Assembly: GCA_012295275.1 (NCBI GenBank)
Contig: CM022670.1
Span: 35,092,001 to 35,156,000 of the forward strand
Length of the DNA: 64,000 bases
Reading direction: 5' to 3'
Source: Chrysomallon squamiferum
Taxonomy: Eukaryota > Animalia > Mollusca
The first letter of the stretch is position 1, and each line of letters opens with the position of its first letter. Below, in pieces: positions 1 to 12,945 of this stretch. Below the pieces are notes generated by a model. The model made no database searches. It was not told where the DNA came from and worked only from the letters and a program-made list of their open reading frames with translations. Position numbers and translations under genes: made by a program.

Positions 1-1200
1 GGTATAAACATACGTAAATAACAACCACACAAAAACATATGTGTATGTATGTATGTATGTATGTGTGTATGTGTGTATGTATGTATATATGTATGTGCGA
101 ATGTGTTTGCACGTTTGTACATATGTGTGTATGAATGTGTGTATGTATGCTAGTCTCTATGTTTGTCTGTACGAGTATGCCTAAGTATAAATGTGTATGT
201 ATGTGTATGTGTGTGTGTTTTGTGTTTGTGGTTGGTATTTATATATGAACATACTTACGTACGTTCGTACTTAAGTTTGTATGTTTTTCAAATCTATTTG
301 TGTGGCTTCATCTCAAAACCTTTATCTCTTTTTTGCCTTTAACAATAATAATGATTATTAATTTAAATATTTAATTGTGACTATATTACAATAACTGTTG
401 AACTATGCTGCATCCATATATAAAAAAATCTTTAAAAAATCAATTAAAATTAATAAGAAACATATACTTCGAAGCTAAATGCTAAAATATGACTCTTTTG
501 ACTGTAAAGGTTAACAAAACCTCTAAAGTTCATTGCTATTGTTTTGCATGAAAGTTGTTTTTAACATCTTGTTTTAATACAGTCTTGGGATCCGAATAGT
601 ACCTGGGCTGACCAGAAATCATTAATCAGATCGATATATTCTGATATGTTTTTATATATATCAGTTTCTGTTATTAACGTAACTGTGTACAGAAAAATAC
701 GATTTTTGCTTCATGTGTGTCGATATCAGTAATGACATGCGATCTCTCGAAAGAAAGACAAGCATACGTATAATGAATAAGAACAAGATACATTCATTGC
801 CTGCTAATGAGTAAAAGTGCTCACTAATACGTCCGTAATGATCTCGTTAGTAAATGAACACGCTACTGCAGAACCTAGCACGGATGAGATGTAGTGTGTG
901 GATGTTGTGTTGTGCTTTGTTGATAACTTCGTAGACCTTGTTAATAAATATCTTGTTATTTAGATAGATTTCCAGGTAAAAAAAGGATTTTGATTTTACA
1001 AATATCATTAGAATCTTTTTTTTTTTTTTTTTTTTTTTTTTTCATTATAGAATGTTGCTCTCGTTTGAAATGTGATGGTTTATTTGAAGGAATGTTTCTG
1101 TGTATTTGTATTGGAAAAAGAAAGATAATTATTGAGCGTGTTAGATATAAATAAATGTATAGACACACATACACACATACATGCATACATACACATACAC

Positions 1201-1339
<139 letters not shown>

Positions 1340-2921
1340 GTATTATTAAATATGGATGAAGCGAAACAATCTTTATAACATTTGATTGTATCTGAGTTCT
1401 GATTCAGTTTGTTATAGCGAGGGAATTTAAAAAGTAATGTGACTGAATTCATCTCCTTGCATGTTTAGTACTAGAATGCTGCTTATAAGAGGTACTTTAT
1501 TGTTTTGCTTAGATGAAATTTTATTTGGTTTATGGACAAGTGTTGGTTTTGGCTCCTGTAAAATTTCCTGGCCTGCTCATATTATATATCTGTGTAAAAG
1601 CATCACCCAGCAAGCTAATTTCATAAATGTAGTAAAATAATCCATGTCTATGTGGCGTGAAATTCCATTAGACCCGTGAAAACTCTCTGAAATTATATTT
1701 CCATTAGTGGATTTCTGTTTTATTTCATTATAATGCTTAGCGCTCCTGTGGGATTCAGTAACAAGGTCACGAGTGACTGAGATTTTTGTCTTCGTTTCGT
1801 CTCCCTTGACCATATCCGATTACACTGATGGTTAAATACGTGTCAATTTAGTTTATAATTTAATATTTCTGCAGTGGGAATATATATGCAGCTTGCATTT
1901 GTTCGTCCACGCATCTTCACGCATGTGATAGTGAAAGGCACAGAACACGGAGAGATGATTCTCAACAGTGACGTAACCTACGGACCGATGACGTTATTGG
2001 ATTCCAGAATGTTCAGCATGGCAGACGATTGTTTATTTCATTAGAATTTTGAGGTTAAAAATATCATTTCCGCAGAAGAGGAAGGGAGTGAAAAAAAAAA
2101 GAAAAGATTTTTGGGATATATCAGTTGTTACCTTACAATTTCTGATATTAAAATATAACAGAAATTGTTTTAGTAACAGAACAATTGTTGTAAGGACATT
2201 TTGTATTTATTACTGTCTTTTCTTTAGAAAATGGCGAGAAAATGTAACTACAGGCAAGAAATAAATCGTGATCGAGAGTTAAGCGTATATACCCTCAACA
2301 GTCTCCCTTTTCTTCAGTTACCACAAAACGACTCTTAGTCAGGCTAGAGAGAGTCAACGACAGTTTTATTTTGTCGTAACTTACGTGACAGCTCTGCCCA
2401 CTGAGCCAAACCGGGTTCCAGTCCAATACGTCGGTCAATAAAGACCAATTGTTGCAATTACGCACTGGTTGGAAACTGTTGATCCAAAGTGTGGTTCAAT
2501 TCAGCAGGGAAATAAAATTTCAGATGGCAGCAGAGGGTGATTCTAGAGCCTATAATTGATGGTGAAATGAAAGGTAATGACGTTCTTTCGGTTCTGCGTT
2601 GATTAAACTGCAGTGTTACACGTCCAACAAATATGTGACGAAGAACAATAACTAACACATTTGTGTAGAAGTCACTTGATTGTCGTGATACCGCTTGCCA
2701 GAGAGTCAATAATGGGAGGAGTTATGTGGGAGATGGTTTTAAAATGTGAGATGTAGTAATTTAATTACTGATCTGTGATATAATACGTGAAAATGTGTTT
2801 GTTAGATTTTGTGTATCTCTTTCAGTCACTCTTTCATTGTAGTTACAGTACATAATCCATTTGTTGCTTAGTGAATTTTTATTCGTTTTTTCTTTCTCTC
2901 TTTCTCAGTGCCTTCTCCCTC

Positions 2922-3028
<107 letters not shown>

Positions 3029-6000
3029 ATCATTCTGACGTTTGTATAAATCTTTCTCTTTTACTATTTCATTCCTTTTCTCATCCTTTCTTTCTTTCTT
3101 TCACGATGTCATTGTCTCTTTATCTGTGTGAAGGTATACGAATTTATTCATGATATATATTTTTAACAATAAAACAAAAAATATTTTGTCACAAAATAAA
3201 CAGTATAATTCATTAAGATTAGTTTACCTCAAAAAGTGTGTATCTTAAAAAAAAAAGAAAGAAAAAGGCCTCTTCGCAAAACAACAACAACAACAAAAAA
3301 CAAAACAATTTTTTTTACAAGAAACTGCAATAAAACAGAAACAAAAAAAAAAAAACCCATTAAGAAATGAGATAACTTGATACATCACTAAAACAAATTA
3401 GCCCGAACCCTAATCTATTCCACGTCTGAATTATTTATCTATATAACGTCATTAAACGGAATCTTTGAGGATTAACAGTGCACATTACCTAACAGAATCG
3501 AAACACTTACTTCACATTTTCCAGAGGCAATCAATACCACAACGGTTCACGAGGGAGGTGACGTTTGACATTTCGACATTTACTGGTGATAATTACAAAA
3601 GAAAACACCCGAGATAACAGAGAACAGGTAATGAAAGTCAGAAGCGGTGCACTGGGAAAGTTCTCACATTCTGAACGCAGTAAACACGTCTACAGCATGT
3701 TTACATTACAAGCCACAGAGCTGTCTGCCAAACAGCGTTAGGTGATTACACCATAGAGAGAACATTTAGAATAGATTTTTAACACTTCCTAGTATGGTAT
3801 GAACCTGTTTCCTTGTATGATCCCAGGATTATAGCTGTTGGTAGCTTATTCACTGCCTCATCGTGTCAGATCTGCTATTTAATTTTTAAATTTACATGTG
3901 TATCTGTTACAGGAAATTTATATTATGAGGAAATATGTATAAATCATGAACATTTAAGAAAGTACTGAAAGAAAGTAATATGACTGGAGCTGATGATGAT
4001 CCATTGGAAACCAAGGCATTCAAAGGGTCAAGGGTCCGTATAAGGAGCAAACTGTGACATTAAGGTCATGCTTGTTTGTCATTTAGAAGATAATAATACA
4101 AATGAATCGACTGTTTGTCTCAAATTTGTTCAGTTTCAGAAGGACTCTAGTGTTCATAGCGGAATTAATTGTTTTCCGTTTACTGCTCTGTTGGTTTCTG
4201 GTCTGTCATCATTTAGCCTCCCTCCTGAAATTATCCATCGATTGTAGGCAGAGGACAATCTACTTGATACCATTGCATTGCCATTTTTTTTTTTTTTTTT
4301 TTTTAAAATTTTTTAATGAATCAGTCATTACCCGTGATATTTTCAGAAATTTTCAGGAACTATACATATTTTCTGATAATACATATTTTCCTGTAATATA
4401 TATAAATTAAAATGATATCAAAAAGATAATTTAAGGTTCTTCGTTTCAAAGGTTTAAGTGATGTAGTTATGCACTTCGAATACGGTTTTGAAAAAAACAC
4501 ACAGTTAATAAACAGATTTAGAAACCATATGGGTAAAGCAATAATAATAATAATAATAATATAATAAATATGATTAAAGGTTTTAAAATGTTCTCACGGA
4601 TAAAATAAAAAATAAAATAAAATAGAATAAAAAATAAATAAGTAAAATAAAATAAAGTTAAAAAAGAAAAAAAGGAGTGAAGATCGACGTTTCAACAGAG
4701 AAATGTTTTCTAAAAACACTTCAAACACCATTTAAAACTCTTCTCGTTCTTTTTCTACCGCAATAAAAATTTAATGTTTTTCTCCTCATTAACTTAACTT
4801 TCATAATCACTTGCTTAGAGAGACGAACACTCCAGGGAAAACATTTCGTATTCCTTATTTCCAGAAAAGCATGTTAATTATTTCATGCTTGATCCACGTG
4901 AAGCTTTGAACATAAAATTGACAACCTCATCAGTTCATTCATGCAGGACAATTTTATCGATCAAAAAAAAATAAAAATAAAAAAAATAAATAAAAAATAA
5001 AAATAAAGATAGTAATAATATATAAAATATGTATAATTCAGTTGCATGCTTCAAAGAAATCTCTTTCACGCAACAGTTTGTGTCAAAGGCTGGGCTTATA
5101 TCATATATATGCTCTGAACTAATGAAGTTGCATTTTTTTTTTGAGAGAAAAAATTCAGTATACAGATTTTTGGCTTCTGGTTCTTGCTGTTCATTTCACT
5201 AATAATACTTATTTAAATTTATTGTTTCAACTGTAAAATAAAATTTGTACAAAGTGTTATTATTATTACTATTTTTTTATTTTTTTATTTAGGAAATATA
5301 AATACATCTGTTTGATATTTTGAAATATATTTAGTTTGAAATTTGGAACATAGTATATATTTTTTCTTTCTGCTGACCAAACTATTTTATAACCTAAATA
5401 AAATAAATAAAAATAATACGTAAATATTTATTAATAAGCAAATATGAAAAACAAATTAAAATAATAAACAAATATAAAGACAAACAGACAAACAAACAAA
5501 TGAATGAATGAATGAATAATGAGAATAATCATATTGTTCCGTCCAAAATATCTGTAACAGAATTCAGTTATTGATCGCTCTTTTCCTTGTTTTTCTTTAA
5601 ACAAACAAACAAACAAACAAACAAACACACAAATAAATAAATAAATAAAAATGCATCATTCTCTTTCAAATATTGTTTAGTCTGATAAAATGTTCAGTCA
5701 TAAATAAAAGAAAATGCCTGTTTCGTGTTGGCGAATAGTGATAAATAAATAATTGCAATTAGCAGTTTGTTGTCGTCATAATTTGTTTTTGTTGTTAACG
5801 AATCTTTTGATCAATATTTCATATTCTGATTCATGGTCACGTAGTAACTGTGATCATACTTTACCAACAGCGCGACTGCGACAGAAAGTCTCACGTATCT
5901 TGTATGACTGGTTTATTAGTCTGAGGTGTGGGGTTTATGCTCGTTTTTAATTTATTTATTTTCTAATTAAATGGAGGAGTATTGAAAACCTTTTATTTTA

Positions 6001-6925
6001 ATTGATATATACAGCAATACATTCACACACACAAACATACACACAAACACAAACACAAATACATATATACATTCATATATACATACATACATGCATATAC
6101 ATACATCCATACACACACATATATACACATACACTCACATAAACATCCATATATGCACACATATATACATTCATATATACATAGATGTATATATCATCAA
6201 CTCATATTATTCTTCCTCCATTATGTTCATGTAACCTGTATTTGCATGCTGAGTAACATATAGCTAGTATAACTGTATTTAATCCAGGTCGTTTTGCGCA
6301 TGTCTGCTTCTACGTTACTGAAAAACCTGCATGCGAGTGGATCCTGTACGGGTACCAGTGTATTCTCTTACTCACTGTTAATTAAGATCATTGTGGCAGC
6401 TTCGAGTAGAAAAGCACGTATTTCCTGACTAGTTCATGATGTAGAGTAGTAGAATACCTATTTATGACTATAACGAGAAGAAAAAAAACCCATATCGCAT
6501 GACTATATATTTTTACATAATAATATATGGAAAGTTTAATTTAGATACCAGTCTCATGTATTGTAATTATAAATGATCGTATTATGGTGAAACTCAATAT
6601 AACTATCCATATATTATGCTTACAGTATTTATTATCAAATGAAAATGAAAAAGAAATATAATATGTTTGAGGAAGTAGATAATTAAAATGAAGTCCAAAG
6701 AATCGCTAAAAAAAAAAAAAAAAAAAAAAAATAGATAAAATAACTTTTTTTTTTATTCAGTCCACAATATTTCTTATATACATGTATAAATAACAAAATT
6801 TCATTGATGTTGTAACGGGATTGGTACAGATTATGACAAATATTTGTTTGTCTTGTGCAATTCCCCACATCCTGAAATCTGAGACGAGCAACCTAAATCC
6901 CGGTGTTGTCTTTTCTTTTCCCCAG

Positions 6926-7987
6926 ATCTATGGAATCACGTCGTTCCTCTTTGTAATGGCCTCCATCGCCGGATTCTGCCTGGAGACGATTCCGGCTCTC
7001 AGACCAATAGTAATTCAAAACGTCACCACGAGTTGTGACGGAGAAGCCCGACCGAGCATCTCCGCGGTAATGGCGTCCCACAAGGCACTGAACGTTTTGG
7101 ATATCATCTGTACCGTGTTTTTCACGCTGGAACTCATAGTCAGGTTCATTTTCTCTCCGAACAAGCTTAGGTTCGTTAGATCGATCATGAACATCGTGGA
7201 TCTGTTAGCTCTGGTTCCACTGTACGTTCAGGTGATTTTCGAGCACTCCTCGCTGAAGGCGTGCTACCTGAACGAGCGGTTGGTGGTGGAGATTCTCTTC
7301 ATTCTGAGAATCATTCGCATGTTCCGGGTCTTTCACCTCGTTAAGCACTACCAGGCTCTCAATGTCCTTGTCTATGCCATGAAAGCCAGTCTGCAGGAGC
7401 TTCTCATGCTTCTGATATTTCTGATGATTGGCATGCTGGTTTTCGCCACCATGATCTACTACGGGGAAAGAAAAGACGTCATCACCCCTAGCGACAGCTT
7501 CAACACCATTCCGGTCGGATTCTGGTGGGCCATCATCACCATGACGATGGTGGGTTACGGGGACAAGTATCCCGTAACACCCATCGGCTACGTTATCGGA
7601 ACTGGATGCGCTCTGTCTGGTGTGCTCTTGTTCGCGCTCACCATTCCCGTTATCTCTAACAATTTCACTCTGTTTTACACTCACGAGAGGTCGCGTCACA
7701 TCTGCAGACTCACGGAGACTCTGTTCATGCCAGGCACGAAGCAAAAGCAGTTGTTATCGCTGATTAAAGGGAAACGCACGAAGAAAGGGCACAAGGACAA
7801 GAGGTTGAACAAGACCGGCAGGGCTGGGACGCTTCGCACGAGCTCGACTGACTCGAAAGACAGCCACGAGCACCCAGACGAGAAAGCGTCGATGATCGAG
7901 AGGCAGGACTCGGACAGCAGCTGGTACCAAAACGGATCTCTGCATCCCAATGATGACGAAACTCAGAAACTTGCAGCTAGTTTGTGA
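6926..7987 (+). CDS. Shaw/Kv3-like voltage-gated K+ channel, terminal coding exon (S1-S6 plus C-tail), copy A; 5' exon(s) not seen
   Basis: Acceptor ttttcttttccccag|ATC TAT GGA (phase 0). Motifs: GFCLET (Shaw-type S1 end), FFTLE (S2), NIVDLLA (S3), RIIRMFRVFH (S4), GFWWAIITMTMVGYGD (pore), TIPVISNNF (S6). TGA at 7985-7987. GC-rich island in AT-rich background. Confidence 0.93.
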   Translation: MYGITSFLFVMASIAGFCLETIPALRPIVIQNVTTSCDGEARPSISAVMASHKALNVLDIICTVFFTLELIVRFIFSPNKLRFVRSIMNIVDLLALVPLYVQVIFEHSSLKACYLNERLVVEILFILRIIRMFRVFHLVKHYQALNVLVYAMKASLQELLMLLIFLMIGMLVFATMIYYGERKDVITPSDSFNTIPVGFWWAIITMTMVGYGDKYPVTPIGYVIGTGCALSGVLLFALTIPVISNNFTLFYTHERSRHICRLTETLFMPGTKQKQLLSLIKGKRTKKGHKDKRLNKTGRAGTLRTSSTDSKDSHEHPDEKASMIERQDSDSSWYQNGSLHPNDDETQKLAASL

Positions 7988-8034
7988 AAATGACTCTTCA
8001 GTGTAAAAAAAATAAAACAGAAAAACAAATTATA

Positions 8035-8040
8035 AATAAA
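8035..8040 (+). promoter_or_regulatory. Candidate polyadenylation signal for Kv copy A
   Basis: AATAAA about 50 nt after the stop; others at ~8011, ~9070 and ~9130. The motif is common in such AT-rich DNA. Confidence 0.25.
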
Positions 8041-8818
8041 AGCTGTGTCCAAAAAAAAAAAAAAAAAAAAAAAAAAACAATATATGAATTAAAATTGCAG
8101 AATTATATGAACAAATGCAGTTTTAATGACACAATTTTTAAAAATTAAAAAAAAAAATAATGGTAGCTTTTTATAAACTGTTGCAGTTTTAGTAGCAGCT
8201 TCTTGCATTAAAGACAGTGACTATTTTTATAACTAAGCAGGACGTTTTGTATGAAATTATTTTCTAAAACTTTATTTCTCATGTGTTTTGTTGTAGTTAC
8301 AATGTCATATACTTAGCAGACACGTTTAATTTGTGTTTTTGTTTTGTCTTCGTCACTGGCTTTTTTTTTTTTTTTTCGTTTGCCGTCCCCAATTCTTGCC
8401 AAAATAATTACGTACCTGCCACTCTGATGTGTGATTTTGAGCCAAATTGCAATATTTGTTTTGCTTGTGTCTTGTTTATGATAGTTCTGACTCTATTTCG
8501 GTAATAAGAAACATATTCTTTACCCTGCTGTGTCATGTTTCCCTCAGCTTTTGTATTGTTGACAGCCAGTCATTATGAGAAACGTGTTAGGATCTGTTAT
8601 TAAAAAAATGTAATTATATTTATAACTGATACTTTATTATGACAGACTGGGTTTATATTTCTTTTCAATTTTGGTGTTATGATTGCTAGTATGATTGTGA
8701 TCATTTGTTTTATTTTATTTTATTTATTTATTTATTTTATTTTATTTTTTTTATTTTGTCATCAGCTTTATTTTTTTTTTTTTTTATTTATTACTATTAT
8801 TATTACTATTATTATTAC

Positions 8819-8867
<49 letters not shown>

Positions 8868-9830
8868 ATTCGTAAGGTTTCGGTTTCTGTCTGTTTATTA
8901 ACTAACTATTTTACATGTAATGTATGTTATCATTAATTACTCAAATGTATCTACGTGGAAGTGTATACTGCCTTATCGCTTTGTCAGTTAGGATTTATTA
9001 GAAGGCTGTGCAGCGTATGTATTTAAGATATGTGTTCTGTGAAAAATGTGTGTATCAATACAAGTAGAAAAATAAAAATTGTTCAGGCATATTAAAGAAC
9101 AGTTCATTTCAATACTGTATAATCTTATTAATAAATGAACGTTTTGTTTTGCATGTAAATCATCGGTTTAAATATTATGTGTGTCATGATAGAAATTTAA
9201 AAAAAACCCAGGATAATGTTAATTATATGTCTTTTATATATATTATAGTATACGCAAATTATCTAAAAGGTTATTTGGACAAAGATTCCGATACAAATTA
9301 AATATAGGAGTACAAATGGATGTTTTCAAATAAAAATGGCACAGCATTCTAAATGGCATTGAGCAGAATGTTAATTCGTTTAGGTTTTTTTTTTCTAATC
9401 TCAGTTGTGTTAGATGGTTATCAGTTATTTTAACTGAGTGCTGTTTTATGTAGTCTTCCAACACTGTATCAAATACTCGTTTTTCCTTTTTCGTTTTTTT
9501 AAACAATTTTTTTCATCTGTTTTTGATTTCTTTTACATATTCAATAATAGAAATGCAAAGTTATATCCAAAAAAAAAAAAAAAAAAAAAAATAATTAAAG
9601 CAAAAAAAAAAAAAAAAAAATAATAATAAATAAAATAAAATACATTTATTAAAAGAAATTTAGACAGAAAACAAAATGGAATAAGACCACGTTATATATT
9701 GTGTTTTTCTTCCAAACATGATACAGTTACAAGATAACTCGTATTGATTAATACTGGAGAGTAAAACATAAAACAAACGATGAAAACGTACGCCACGTTT
9801 ATTGTCAGAAACAAGTGTCGAGATAACATG

Positions 9831-9953
9831 GCGGATCGAAGATTTCAGAAAAGGTGGTGTCAGATAATTGAAATTTACGTCACGTTTCGTTACGAACACA
9901 AAATCAATCGGCAGAGGAGGAAGAGATGAAATCTGCCCCACTCTTGGATCCGC
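9831..9953. mobile_element. Small MITE-like element with GCGGATC...GATCCGC termini
   Basis: gcggatcgaaga (9831-9842) and tcttggatccgc (9942-9953) are inverted repeats at 11/12 positions. Confidence 0.5.
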
Positions 9954-10020
9954 ACACATTTATTTAAAAATGAATATTCTTTTATTTTAACATATCATAA
10001 CGTTTCTTGGATAAGACATT

Positions 10021-10364
10021 TTGAATTACGTGAAATTAAAGACAGTAGTCAATCCATTGAATTACGTGAAATTAAAGACACTAGTCAATCCATTGAATTA
10101 CGTGAAATTAAAGACACTAGTCAATCCATTGAATTACGTGAAATTAAAGACAGTAGTCAATCCATTGAATTACGTGAAATTAAAGACACTAGTCAATCCA
10201 TTGAATTACGTGAAATTAAAGACACTAGTCAATCCATTGAATTACGTGAAATTAAAGACACTAGTCAATCCATTGAATTACGTGAAATTAAAGACACTAG
10301 TCAATCCATTGAATTACGTGAAATTAAAGACATTAATTAATGCATTGAATTACGTGAAATTAAA
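10021..10364. repeat. 36-bp minisatellite, about 9.5 copies (ttgaattacgtgaaattaaagacactagtcaatcca)
   Basis: Units start every 36 nt from 10021 to 10345. Units 1 and 4 carry a c->g variant; the last two are degenerate or partial. No spacers. Confidence 0.97.
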
Positions 10365-10794
10365 CCCATTAAATCTTAACATTTTACTTTTATTCTCATG
10401 TAACATACATTTTGAATTATAACACGGCATCGATTAAGCAACATAGTCCAGGAATTACTAAATAAAAGAAATACATAACTGTAAACTGAAAGTCAACGTT
10501 TCAGAAAATATTTTAAGATTTATTATTTAATTTAAGTTCTGAGAGGATTCAGATACTTCGAAATATGAGTTTGACATTTAAACCACGATCCAATATTGCT
10601 TTGGTATTCTCTGGGATACAGTTCATGGGAATATTCATGGGAAATCAAATTTTATTTTACGGAAACGCCCATAATGTTCTGTAAACTGCAGTAATAACTG
10701 ATTTAAAGGATAAAAAGAAAAAAACTAAGAAAAAAAAAAAAAGAAAGAAAGATAAAAAAAACTTATGATATAGTGATGTTCTGGTATATATCTA

Positions 10795-10825
<31 letters not shown>

Positions 10826-11797
10826 ATATACGAATAACATTAGTGGGGGAAAGAGAAAAGAATCGTTTTATAACGTGTTTATGTTTGTATTGTCACTCTT
10901 TTATGTTTGCATTACTATGCGCATATGTTTTGTATATTATAAGTCTTTTTATCTTTATCAATGTCTGTCTAATTGTCTTCTGAATATATGTATTTATCTT
11001 TCTATAGCTGTATATCTATCTATGCATCTATATCAGCTATCCCTATGTATCACAATCTTTATATATGCATATCTATTTATCTATCTATCTCTCTGTATGT
11101 CTACCTATCTATCTGTTTACCTATCTATCTATTTTCATCTTTGGGTATTTAGTAAGGAACCAGTATTCCATCTGTATCTATCAATTTATATTCTCTCAGT
11201 ATTGTTGCGTAGTCATTGATAATAACTTTAAAAAGGGTTTACAGAAATAAAATAAAATAATAACGATAGTTTTATCCAAATGCATGTATTTCCCCATATT
11301 AAAAAAAAAAAAAATAAAAATAAAAAAAATAAAATAAATTATTCCGTTCAAATCTGCAGAAACCTTGAGTATCTCTTGCAGGAATAAATAAAAAATAGAA
11401 GAAAAAAAAAAAAGTTAAAACATGACTGTTTTAACAATGATTAAAGATGTACGTGAGTTCCATCTCAAATGTGTCAAATTTTCTTGTCTTATCGATTTTA
11501 TAATGGCGTTGTTATTTCGGTTACGCAGAAACCTGAATTTAGCTGCGTTGTAGCAGAAACTGGCGTAAACAGAGGCTTCGAATAACAAACCTGTTACTTG
11601 AACTTTTTCATTTATTTATTTCTTGCAAGATGAGTCGCTAGCGATAAATAATTTATTTCATAACGGTTGTTAATAAAAATCATTGCATGGACATGTTATC
11701 TATCTATCTATCTCTTTGTCTGTCTCTCTGTTTATATAAATGTGTGTCTACGTCTATCTTTGTATAATTATCTATATCTATATCCATCATCTATCTA

Positions 11798-11845
<48 letters not shown>

Positions 11846-12108
11846 AGTGTTTATTAGTGTATTGTCTAATTATGTCTTTGTTCAGTCTTTCGATCTGCTT
11901 CTAGCAAATTTTCATATAATATCTACTTATCTTAATATCATTTATATTCAGCAACACATGTATCGTCCTGTCTACCTAAAGTTTAAATACCTATGTGTCT
12001 ACCAATCTATCTATCTATCTATCTATCTATCTACTTGCATTTAAAAATAGTTATATTTTTTCCATTTTTATTTTTCCTTAAGACCTATTATTATTATTTT
12101 TATTATTA

Positions 12109-12171
<63 letters not shown>

Positions 12172-12496
12172 TTTTAAATAGGAAGGCTCACTTGATATTT
12201 ATTCTTGTTCTTTAGACAGTAACTGAACAAACAATGGCCATGACAAATAGATCAGCCTGTTTTTCCTAATCCTTTATCATTTATTTTCTAGCTTATTTTT
12301 ATTAAAACAGTCTTATTGAAGAAACAAAATTAGCGAAAACAAAATTCGTTTAGTTACTTTTTACTCTAAATATAAGGATAATAGGGGCAAATAAAAAATG
12401 TACAAAAATTATAAAAATTAAATTAAACTGAATTAAATTTTAAAAAATATCTCTTCGTTTAGAATAACTTCTCTGTTTCCTGCTGTGAGTGATCTG

Positions 12497-12510
12497 GTTA
12501 CCATGACAAC
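12497..12510. promoter_or_regulatory. Candidate RFX X-box
   Basis: GTTACCATGACAAC fits GTHNYY-AT-RRNAAC. Motif match only. Confidence 0.35.
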
Positions 12511-12702
12511 AGTTATGAATTAAATGCCTTTTTCTTTTCTCTCTCCGAGAAATGTCAGAAGTGAAATACAGTGTTAACAATGTGCTCAGTTTCATATGTC
12601 ATAATTCCTCACGTTTAATATTTCATACCATTTAAAACTGAAATGTGAGTCGTCAATACCATTCTCACTGTCACAGCTAGAGCCGACTTATAGTGTGCTT
12701 AT

Positions 12703-12738
<36 letters not shown>

Positions 12739-12876
12739 TATTATTGTTATTATTATTATTTATTATTATAATTATTATTAATTTAGTTTTATACTACTGT
12801 TATTATTATTACTACTACAGCTACTACTGCTGCTACTACTGCTACTACTATCACTTTTGCTATTGCTAATATTATA

Positions 12877-12945
<69 letters not shown>

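Noticed and set aside
2391-2412. Minus-strand A-box-like TGGCTCAGTGG
   Set aside because: No matching B box or cloverleaf; at most a SINE relic.
6821-6925. N-terminal extension of the 388-aa ORF as the true start of Kv copy A
   Set aside because: Starts at TTG, has no T1 similarity and ends in a canonical acceptor whose position is shared by all three copies, so it is intronic.
7205-7744. Antisense or alternative-frame ORFs over the Kv exons (also 16781-17086, 55958-56515, 56692-57045)
   Set aside because: Shadow ORFs caused by GC-rich codon usage; no recognisable protein.
8035-8077. AATAAA followed by A27, suggesting copy A is a retrocopy
   Set aside because: The exon keeps its intronic acceptor, no target-site duplication is seen, and long A runs are ubiquitous here.
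10021-10422. CRISPR-like array or 12-aa repeat protein
   Set aside because: Units are head-to-tail with no spacers, the context is eukaryotic with no cas genes, and the open frame results from a 36-bp unit.
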